Shown: one piece after another, positions 23,305 through 33,000 of the stretch
Layout: every line of letters begins with the position of its first letter
Position numbering within the stretch: the first letter of the stretch is position 1
Assembly: GCF_964213995.1 (NCBI RefSeq)
Contig: NW_027590224.1
Span: 434,001-498,000, forward strand
DNA from: Mustelus asterias
Lineage: Eukaryota
Length of the DNA: 64,000 nucleotides
Direction: 5' to 3'
Position numbers and translations under genes: made by a program
The notes under the pieces: model-generated
What the model saw: only the letters and a program-made list of their open reading frames with translations
Told to the model about the DNA's origin: nothing
Databases searched by the model: none

Positions 23305-23590
23305 ATTGAACACATACTTTGGTTCACTCTTCACAAAAGAATGCACAAATAACCTCCCAGAGACGTTAGGGAACCAAGAGGGTGGAATTGAAGGAAATCA
23401 GTATTGGTAAGAAAATGGCTAAATTAATGGGGTTCAAGCCTGACAATCAGCAGGGCCTGATGATCTACATCCCAGAGTATTAAAGGAAGTGGCCCTCGAA
23501 ATACTGGATGCATTTGTGGTCACCTGTGAAAATTCGATGAACTCTGGAACAGTTCCTACAGATTGGAGGGTGGAAGAAGTAATCCATGTT
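23305..23590 (+). mobile_element. Degenerate CR1 internal fragment
   Basis: GPDDLHPRVLKEVA.EI.DA..V...NS...GTVP.DWR. Confidence 0.65.
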
Positions 23591-23908
23591 GACTGAGATC
23601 CTCGAATGACAAGACACAACCCCATTGAATCAAATCACTTCTTAATTAAATATAAAATCACGACTACACCCTGTTTAAAACACACAAATGATTCTACCTT
23701 CCTCTGCTACCACTACAAGTTCCTCAGCATAGGTTTAAACGAACAATACTAATCTAGTGACTTCCAGTGAAGTTGTGGAGATGTCATTGCCTAATCGTAC
23801 TGGCCAGGCATGAATGGAGACCAAACTCCCTCTTGAAGCTGAAAGCTTGAGGCTCCCTTCCACAATGGTTCTTCCTGAAGGTTATCACGGCACGGTGGCA
23901 CAGTGGAA

Positions 23909-24880
23909 TATAAGAACATAAGAAATAGGAGCAGGAGTAGGCCATCTAGCCCCTCGAGCCTGCCCCGCCATTCAATAAGATCATGGCTGATCTGAAGTGG
24001 ATCAGTTCCACTTACCCGCCTGATCCCTATAACCCACAATTCCCTTACCGATCAGGAATCCATCTATCCGTGATTTAAACATATTCAACGAGGTAGCCTC
24101 CACCACTTCAGTGGGCAGAGAATTCCAGAGATTCACCACCCTCTGAGAGAAGAAGTTCCTCCTCAACTCTGTCCTAAACTGACCCCCCTTTATTTTGAGG
24201 CTGTGCCCTCTAGTTCTAGTTTTCTTTCTAAGTGGAAAGAATCTCTCCATCTCTACCCTATCCAGCCCCTTCATTATCTTATAGGTCTCTATAAGATCCC
24301 CCCTCAGCCTTCTAAATTCCAACAAATACAAACCCAATCTGCTCAGTCTCTCCTCATAATCAACACCCCTCATCTCTGGTATCAACCTGGTGATCCTTCT
24401 CTGCACTCCCTCCAAGGCCAATATATCCTTCCGCAAATAAGGGGACCAATACTGCACACAGTATTCCAGCTGCGGCCTCACCAATCCTCTGTACAGATGC
24501 AGCAAGACATCTCTGCTTTTATATTCTATCCCCCTTGCGATATAGGCCAACATCCCATTTGTCTTCTTGATTACCTGTTGCACCTGCAGACTGGGTTTTT
24601 GCGTCTCATGCACAAGGACCCCCAGGTCCCTCTGCACAGCAGCATGTTGTAATTTCTTTCCATTTAGATAATAATCCAATTTGCGATTATTTCTTCCAAA
24701 GTGAATAACCTCGCATTTGTTAACGTTATACTCCATATGCCAGATCCTCGCCCACTCACTCAGTCTGTCCAAATCTCTCTGCAGACCTTCTACGCCCTCC
24801 ACACGATTCACTTTTCCACTTATCTTTGTGTTGTCTGCAAACTTTGTTACCCTACACTCAGTCCCCTCCTCCAGATCGTC
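23909..24880 (-). mobile_element. 5'-truncated CR1 LINE, starting ~65 nt after the stop codon of the Ig gene, same strand
   Basis: ORF 24002-24925 (KFADNTK...EYCVQYWSP...RTRGH); (cttatgtt)n tail. Confidence 0.9.
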
Positions 24881-24943
24881 CAGATCTCCAGACGCTCCAT
24901 CCTGATGCTCAGCTGCTGTTGTCACAAGGCCCCGTGCTTCACG

Positions 24944-25016
24944 TTAACAGGTCTCCCCTGTCAAAGGGACATCATTAGAGGTTTCATTTTGATTCATGCT
25001 GTATCTGGTTGGTTGC
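24944..25016 (-). CDS. B7/BTN-like gene, last coding exon (cytoplasmic tail RQPTRYSMNQNETSNDVPLTGETC*)
   Basis: Strong acceptor ttttttcctctcctAG; 73 nt completes the phase-2 codon from the TM exon and ends at TAA. Confidence 0.65.
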
Positions 25017-25469
25017 CTAGGAGAGGAAAAAAACAGCAGAGTTCAGGTTACATGAAAATAATCCAACACTTTGGCCAGGTGAGTAAAGGAGCCGTTCAGG
25101 AGCACAGACCCATTAAATTCCACACAACATCCTGGGTACCAATGGCAGCTGGAAAATGGGTCACAGGAGCTGCACGGTGATGGAGCACAGAGTGTAGAGG
25201 AGAGGAGGCTTATCGGGGAGGCAACGGGCAAGAGCTGGACAGTCCACAGGAGCTGTGCTGACCCACAGAGGGAGGGTCAGAGGATAGAGTTAGAGAACCC
25301 TGCAATAGTTCCTGCTGCCACTGTGAGGGGAGTGTGTGGGGATAGGCGGTGAGCACGGAGATGTGGATATTGAGTGAGACAAGGAAATCCGAGATGGCTT
25401 TCCCAGTGACTGAATCCTCTGATGTCCGGGTTAAGGGGAATGTTTTAAAAGTGCAGGAGGTGATTGACT

Positions 25470-25500
25470 AACAACAACTTGCATTTATATAGCACCTTTA
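25470..25500 (-). mobile_element. DeuSINE-type 3' tail fragment
   Basis: Minus strand aaaggtgctatataaatgcaagttgttg (recalled consensus). Confidence 0.4.
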
Positions 25501-25829
25501 TAGAACACCCAGAAATACTTCATGGAAAGATAAACAATATTTAACATTGAGTTACTGAGGGAGAAATTCAGGCAGAAGGATAAGTTTTAAAGGAGCATTA
25601 TAGTGGAGGAGGGAGAGAGAGTCCAAGGTTTAGGAAGGGATTTTCCGAGATTAGAGCCCAGGCTTTTGGAGGTATGATCAGCAATGGTGGAGCGGTAGAA
25701 ATCGAGGGACGTGCGAGAGCACAGAATTTCAGAGATCGCAAGAGTTGTCGGATAATCCATTCATAGGATTCTGTGAGAGATGGGAAAACAACATCATTCA
25801 AAATTTGGTAAAAATAGAAAATAAACGAT

Positions 25830-26400
25830 AAAATCAGGAGGTGGCCATTCGGCCCCTTGAGTCTGTGTGCCAACATCCCAATTGCCTGCTTGCCCTGCAG
25901 GGAGACTGTGATTCACGCACAAGGACACTAAAATCCTTCAGAATACCAACATTTTCCAGTCTGCCAGCTAATCTGTTTTTCCATTCTTCCCAGCAAAGTG
26001 GAAAATTCAGACTGCCCATATTATAGCTTTGTGTCCTCTTTGTGTCTTTGTGTCCTCCACACAGCTTACTTTCCCATCCAGGGTTACATCTTCAGCAAAC
26101 TTCGACATATATGAAGGGATGGAGTGTAATAAGTCACTGACATGGATTGTGATTAGCTGAGGCTCCAGCACTGATCCCGGCAGCACCAGTTACATCCTGC
26201 CAACCAAAAATCACCCATTGTTCCTCCTGTGTTTCTGTCCACTCACCAATCCTCAATCCATGCTACATTACCCCCAATCCCCTGAGCCCATGTCTTGCGG
26301 AACAACCTATTGTGTGGCACCTTATCAAATACCTTCTGAAATCCCAGATACATTCCTCATCCACTGGTTCTCCCAGTGGGATAATATTCGCTCCTTTCCA
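25830..26400 (-). mobile_element. Highly degenerate CR1 fragments
   Basis: ggccattcggcccctt tail; antisense KFAED and DKVPH.RL remnants. Confidence 0.5.
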
Positions 26401-26593
26401 ATCCACGGGGACTGTTCAGCAGCAAGAGGATGACAAGCTGGAAGTGACTGGTTAACGCTGCTCAATGATAGGGTGGATTGAAGCATCCTCACAGCTCAGT
26501 AAATGGACAGTTCTGGAGTTCAGCAACATTGAACAAACATTATAAACCAAAAACAGGATCCCAATGGAAACAGTGGAACATTCTGGAACTCAC

Positions 26594-26702
26594 CGTCTTT
26601 GTCGCTTTCGGAATATGTAAATCCCAATTCCAGCAACAACAAAAACAGCAACAAGAATTCCGATTCCCAATCCAACTCTTGCTCCAGTAGAGGGTCCAGG
26701 TC
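26594..26702 (-). CDS. B7/BTN-like gene, transmembrane exon (GPGPSTGARVGLGIGILVAVFVVAGIGIYIFRKRQR)
   Basis: Acceptor ttctgtatctAG, donor GTGAGT, phase 1 to phase 2; hydrophobic helix followed by basic stop-transfer RKRQRR. Confidence 0.85.
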
Positions 26703-27009
26703 CTAGATACAGAATGAAGCCATTAACAGACTGGGACACACTCACAAAACTAACAGCAGAGACCTTCAGCACCGAGTATTTCAGAACCGTCCCCAGTACA
26801 GACAGATCCCTGGTTAATTCTAGTCCTGGAGGGATGTGGGAGTTTAGACACCGATAATCACACACACACCAGGTCACCCCACAGCTCCTTGCACACACAC
26901 ACTGCCCCACAATGTCATCGATACATGCTTTCCAATAGAGATAACTGGACATCGAGCAACAACAGCGCCCCCTCTTCACTCCCCCTTAAACCCAAACAGC
27001 CCACTACAA

Positions 27010-27620
27010 TAGAGCAAGAACTTCATTCTAATGTCCGGTGGAAAATCTCGGGATTCGGTGGAACATCCGGCGTCGCAACATTGACATGTCCGCCCTGAGC
27101 GAGACACGATGGGCAGGAGGAGGCCAACTTAAAGACCAAGGTGGTGGATACACCTTCTTCCAAAAGAAGACCGTCGTCTCTACAGTGTTGGCTTTGCCAT
27201 AAAAAACAAATTGGTCAAGACGTCTCAAAGAACCCACCCCTCCCCCCCTTGCAGGGGGAGCAAACAGCTCATGACCCTACGGCTCACCCTGCCCCAGAAA
27301 CAGCTCATCACAGCCGTCTGTGCCGACACCCCAACCACTTGTCTTAGAATGCACAAACTGGAGATGAAGCATCCGCAAAGGCACCAGTCACCTCGAGCGT
27401 CACTGAGTAGAGCCACGCAGAGGCCAAGCGTAAACAGCGGAAAGAGAGCGCAGAATCCAGAGCGTCCCACCCACCCGCCCATCTCATCAAACACCAGCTG
27501 CCAAACCTGTGGCAGAGTCTGCGGCTCCAGGATTGGACTGTTCAGCCAACTGCAGAACCCACCTCCCTGGAGTAGAAGCAAGTCATCCTCGACCCTGAGG
27601 GACTGTCATAGAAGGAGAAG
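27010..27620 (+). mobile_element. Internally deleted RTE-clade LINE in the intron
   Basis: Endonuclease remnant (ALSETRWAGGGQLKD.GGGYTFF) and C-terminal CxxCGRVCGSRIGLFS; agaag tail. Confidence 0.7.
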
Positions 27621-27629
27621 ATTAGTGAA

Positions 27630-27915
27630 CCCGTTGTGGTTTTACAACAATCCAATCGCTTCATGGTCACTTTTATTGGGACCAACTTTATATTTCCAGA
27701 TTTTTATTTAATAAACTGAATTTAAATGTTGGCAATTGGGACAAGCTTAGTGGTTTAAAAAAGGGAGCGGCATGGATAAGTTGGGCCGAAGGGCCTGTTT
27801 CCATGCTGTAAACCTCTGTGACTGTAAATTCTGAAAGTGGGATTTGAACTCACATTCTCGGGATTATTAGACCAGGCCTCCGGATTACGGGTCTAGTAAC
27901 ATAACCACTGCACGA
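27630..27915 (-). mobile_element. tRNA-derived SINE remnant with a short CR1 tail inserted (~27745-27825)
   Basis: Minus strand gcagtggttatgttactagac...gagttcaaatcccac (A/B boxes). Confidence 0.5.
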
Positions 27916-27974
27916 CTGAACCCATAAAAATCAGAGATTAAATACAGAAACATACTGAAACAGAAACCTCTCAC

Positions 27975-28319
27975 CTGTTACAGAGAGATAGACGAGATCA
28001 AATTGCTCCCAATAATATCTTGTACTCGTCCTCTTGTAAATCTGACACTGATACTGGTTCTGGTCTGACTCCCTGAGGTCCGAGAGCAGAACTGACCAGT
28101 TTCCTTGTTCCAGTTGATCTTTGAACAGCTTTGTTCTGTTTCTGAACCGTGGGTCTTGTTGTGTCAAATCATCGTTTCCATTGACCACTCTGTGTAAGAT
28201 ATCACCCTTGGTAGTTCCCCAGATTCCCAGTAAATCTGAGATGGTAACATTCCCTTTGTAGGTACAGGGCAGCACAACCTGCTCCCCAAGGAACCCAGAA
28301 ACTGGGACAGGCGAGTCAC
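27975..28319 (-). CDS. B7/BTN-like gene, IgV exon 2 (115 codons, phase 1-1)
   Basis: Acceptor tcttttccAG, donor GTGAG; V-set hallmarks LPC..W..RFRNRTKLF..GNWSVLLSDLRESD..YQC. Confidence 0.92.
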
Positions 28320-28640
28320 CTGGAAAAGATTGAAAGTATTTATAAATGGATAGAACCTCCTTGTTGAACTCCGTATCTGAGGGACAGGACGGTGAGACTC
28401 AGAAACAGAAATAACAATTCTGGGTAGTTGAAGGACCAGTTACAGGGAACAGTGACCCACACCACTCACTCTCACACAATCATTCTTTGGTAAAATATCA
28501 CACAGTATTTCAAACCTTCCAATGTTACTCGCTGTCTATCTAGTGAAACAACTGCAGAAATGTTCAAAAGACTCGAAATAATTTTAATAATACAGTCACT
28601 GCATCATAAATGTGGAATATCTGAAATAGAAACCTCTCAC

Positions 28641-28985
28641 CTGTTACAAAGAGATCGACTGAATCAACTTTCTCCAAGTGAATTTGCTTATCAATCCTCT
28701 TGTAAATCTGACACTCGTACTCGCTCTGGTCTGACTCCCTGAGGTCCGAGAGCAGAACTGACCAGTTTCCTTGTTCCAGTTGATCTCTGAACAGCTTTGT
28801 TCTGTTTCTGAACCGTGGGACTTGTTGTGTCAAATCATCGTTTCCATTGACAAACTTGTGTAAAAATTCACGTTTGGGTGTCCCCCAGATTACCTGTAAA
28901 TCTGAGACTGGGACATTCCCTTTGTAGGTACAAGGCAACACAACCTGCTCCCCAAGGAACCCAGAAACTGGGAAATGTGAGTCAC
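28641..28985 (-). CDS. B7/BTN-like gene, IgV exon 1 (115 codons, phase 1-1)
   Basis: Same splice signals and V-set motifs as exon 2; open frame. Confidence 0.92.
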
Positions 28986-29776
28986 CTGGAAAAGATTGAA
29001 AGTATTTATCCACAGATATAACCTCCCTGCTGGTACATTACATCCCAAGCTTCACATGGTTACACTGCCATGCTTGATTTACAAGAAGCACTGATCAATA
29101 CCTCACTGCTTTCATTTGTGTGGGAAGGTTAAAGCTCAGGCATTGAGGGCCTTCAACTAAAACCAGCTTGTGCTGGATATTTGTAAGCACAGAGCAGCTG
29201 GACAGCACTTTCAATCACATGTTTTCCATTTGTCCACATGCTGGGAGAACACATCAGGATTTTGGTCACCTCCCCTTGGGAGAAAAATCACAGACTGGGG
29301 GGTGGACAATGTGAGGTGGAACTCAGGAGCTGAAAACTGACCCGAAAACCAAATGGATTCACCAACCTGATGACCCGACTCGCCACGCTCCTAGATAATT
29401 CCCAGCTCTATTTGATCCCAGTGCGGTCCCAGACTCCTGATCCCAGAGCTCAGGATCTCATCCCAGTTCCACTTGATCCCTGTCACCCATTCCAGTGTCA
29501 CCCAGTCATCATCCCAATGCCACCCAGGCACCCATCCCAGTGTCACTGAGTGTTGCTCGGTGTCCAGATCCCACTGTTCACCTTACAGGGGTTAATGTGA
29601 AGACATGAGCTGCCTTCCTTTCAGCTCTGATGATCATTGTGTGTGGTGTGAAGCTACGGGGCCCACTCCCTCATTGGCTCCACTTACAGTTCACACAGCA
29701 GCTTAAAGCAAGATGTATTCCTGATCCCCCCACCCTTTGATCAGAGCTGAAATGTTCCAGCAGTCACAGCTCTTAC

Positions 29777-29834
29777 CTGAAACAGCAGCAACAACACTGA
29801 GCAGCAGCAGGAGTAGTTTGTGGAAGGTGTGTCC
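29777..29834 (-). CDS. B7/BTN-like gene, signal-peptide exon (GHTFHKLLLLLLSVVAAVS-G), phase 0-1
   Basis: Acceptor ttttcttgttgcAG, donor GTAAGA; hydrophobic leader in the correct phase for the V exon. It has no ATG, so an upstream exon is required. Confidence 0.85.
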
Positions 29835-29899
29835 CTGCAACAAGAAAACACAGTTACCCCCTTTACAACAGGTTCACTTCCTGCTCAGATTGATGATTG

Positions 29900-30060
29900 G
29901 ACTGCCCAAAACTTCCAGTGCAAAGAATTGTCCTCCTGCCCAGGATTATGTGCTGAGGGACACACTCAAGCTTGGAGCAGCTGCTGCCAGGGCACGATGG
30001 GGAAAGGTCACTGTGTAAGGCCTTTCAGCCCAGTCATACTGAAGGGCTGTTAAAGATCTA
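29900..30060 (+). mobile_element. 3' end of a Tx1/L1-group LINE ORF2
   Basis: QDYVLRDTLKLGAAAARARWGKVTV* resembles Tx1-type ORF2 C-termini (recalled). Confidence 0.5.
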
Positions 30061-30084
30061 TAAAGCCTGAGACTGAGAGTTTAA

Positions 30085-33000
30085 TGTCAGAGGGTGAGTG
30101 CTGAGGGAGTGCCGCACTGTCAGAGGGTCAGTACTGAGGGGGTACTGCACTGTCAGAGGGTCAGTACTGAGGGAGTGTCGCACTGTCAGAGGGTCAGTGC
30201 TGAGGGAGTGCTGCACTGTCAGAGGGTCAGTACTGAGGGAGTGCCGCACTATTCGAGGGTCAGCACTGAGGAACTGCCGCACTGTCAGAGGGTCAGTACT
30301 GAGAGAGTGCTGCACTGTCAGAGGGTCAGTACTGAGGGAGTGCCGCACTGTCAGAGGGTCAGTACTGAGAGAGTGCCTTACTGTCAGAGGGTCAGTACTG
30401 AGAGAGTGCCTTACTGTCAGAGGGTCAGTACTGAGGGAGTGCAGCCCTGTGGGAGGGTCAGTGCTGAGAGTGCCGCACTGTCAGAGGGTCAGTGCTGAGG
30501 GAGTGGCTCACTGTCAGAGGGAGTGCTGCACTGTCAGAGGGTCAGTACTGTGGGAGTGCCGCACTGTCAGAGGGTCAGTACTGAGGGAGTGCTGCACTGT
30601 CAGAGGGTCAGTACTGAGGGAGTGCCGCACTGTCAGAGGGTCAGTACTGAGGGAGTGCCGCACTGTCAGAGGGTCAGTACTGAGGGAGTGCTGCACTGTC
30701 AGAGGGTCAGTACTGAGGGAGTGCTGCACTGTCAGAGGTTCAGTACTGAGGGAGTGCTGCACTGTCAGAGGGTCAGTACTGAGGGAGTGCCGCACTCCCA
30801 GAGGGTCACTACAGAGGGAGTGCCGCACTGTCAGAGAGTCAGTACTGAGGGAGTGATGCACTGTCAAAGGGTCAGTACTGACGGACTGCCGCACTGTGAG
30901 AGGGTCTGTACTGAGGGAGCACCGCACTGCCAGAGGGTGTGCTGCACTGTCAGAGGGTCAGGACTGAGGGGGTGCCGCACTGTGGGAGGGTCAGTACTCA
31001 GGGAGTGCCGCACTGTCAGAGGGTCAGAGCTGAGGGAGTGCTGCATTGTGAAAGGGTCAGTACTGAGGGAGTGCCGCACTGTCAGAGGATCAGTACTGAG
31101 GGAGTGCCGCACTGTCAAAGGGTCAGTACTGAGGGAGTGCCGCACTGTCAGAGAGTCAGTGCTGAGTGAGTGCCGCACTGTCAGAGGGTCAGTACTGAGG
31201 GCGTGCTGCACTGTCAGAGAGTCAGTGCTGAGTGAGTGCCGTATTGTCAGAGGGTCAGTACTGAGGGAGAGCCGCACTGTCAGAGGGTCTGTCCTGAGGG
31301 AGCACTGCACTGTCAGGGGGAGTGCTGCACTGTCAGAGGGCCAGGACTGAGGGGGTGCCGCACAGTCAGAGGGTCAGTACTGAGGGAGTGCCGCACTGTC
31401 AGAGGGTCAGTACTAAGGGAGAGGTGCATTGTCAGAGGGTCAGTACTGAGGGAATGCCGTATTTTCAGAGGGTCAGTACAGAGGGAGTGCCCCACTGTCA
31501 GAGGGCCAGGACTGAGGGGGTGCCGCACAGTCAGAGGGTCAGTACTGAGGGAGTGCCGCACTGTCAGAGGGTCAGTACTGAGGGAGAGGTGCATTGTCAG
31601 AGGGTCAGTACTGAGGGAATGCCGTATTTTCAGAGGGTCAGTACAGAGGGAGTGCCCCACTGTCAGAGGGTCAGTGCTGAGGGAGTGCTGCACTGTCAGA
31701 GGTTCAGTACTGAGGGAGTGCTGCACTGTCAGAGGGTCAGAACTGAGAGAGTGCCCCACTGTCAGAGGGTCAGTATTGAGGGAGTGCCGCACTGCTAGAC
31801 GGTTGATAGTGAGGGAGTGCTGCACTGTCAGAGGGTCAGTATTGAGGAATTGCTACATTGACAGCGGGTCAGTACTGAGGGAGTGCCGCGCTGTCAGGGG
31901 GTCAGTCCTGAGGGAGCGCCAGACTGTCGAACGGTCAGAAGAGGGAGTGCGGCACTGTCAGAGGGTCAGTACTGAGGGAGCACCGCACTGTCAGAGGGAG
32001 TGCCGCACTGTCAGAGGGTCAGAACTGAGGGAGTGCCGCACTGTCAGAGGGTCAGTACTGAGGGAGTGCCGCACTGTCAGAGGGTCAGTACTGAGGGAGC
32101 ACCGCACTGTCAGAGGGAGTGCCGCACTGTCAGAGGGTCAGAACTGAGGGAGTGCCGCACTGTCAGAGGGTCAGTACTGAGGGAGTGCCGCACTGTCAGA
32201 GGGTCAGTACTGAGGGAGTGCAGCACTGTCAGAGGGTCAGTGCTGAGGGAGTGCTGCACTGTCAGAGGGTCAGTACTGAGGGAGTGCCGCACTATTCGAG
32301 GGTCAGCACTGAGGAACTGCCGCACTGTCAGAGGGTCAGTACTGAGGGAGTGCCGCACTATTCGAGGGTCAGCACTGAGGAACTGCCGCGCTGTCAGGGG
32401 GTCAGTCCTGAGGGAGCGCCAGACTGTCGAACGGTCAGAAGAGGGAGTGCTGCACTGTCAGAGGGTCAGTACTGAGGGAGCACCGCACTGTCAGAGGGAG
32501 TGCCGCACTGTCAGAGGGTCAGAACTGAGGGAGTGCCGCACTGTCAGAGGGTCAGTACTGAGGGAGTGCCGCACTGTCAGAGGGTCAGTACTGAGGGAGT
32601 GCAGCACTGTCAGAGGGTCAGTACTGAGGGAGTGCCGCACTGTCAGAGGGTCAGCATTGAGGGAGTGCCGCACTGTCAGAGGGTCAGCATTGAGGGAGGG
32701 CCGCACTGTCAGAGGGTCAGTACTGAGGAAGTGCTACGTTGACAGAGGGTCAGCACAGAGGGAGTGCCGCACTGTCAGAGGGTCAGTATTGAGGAAGTGC
32801 TACGTTGACAGAGGGTCAGCACAGAGGGAGTGCCGCGCTGTCAGGGGGTCAGTCCTGAGGGAGTGCCAGACTGTCAGAGGGTCAGTACTGAGGGGGTGCC
32901 GCACTGTCAGACGGTCAGTAATGAGGGAGTGCCGCACTGTCAGAGAGTCAGTACTGAGGGAGTGCTGCACTGTCAGAGGGTCAGTACTGAGGGAGTGCCG

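Noticed and set aside
24944-25016. ITIM/ITSM/YxxM signalling motif in the tail
   Set aside because: TRYSMN has Asn at Y+3 and fits none of these consensuses.
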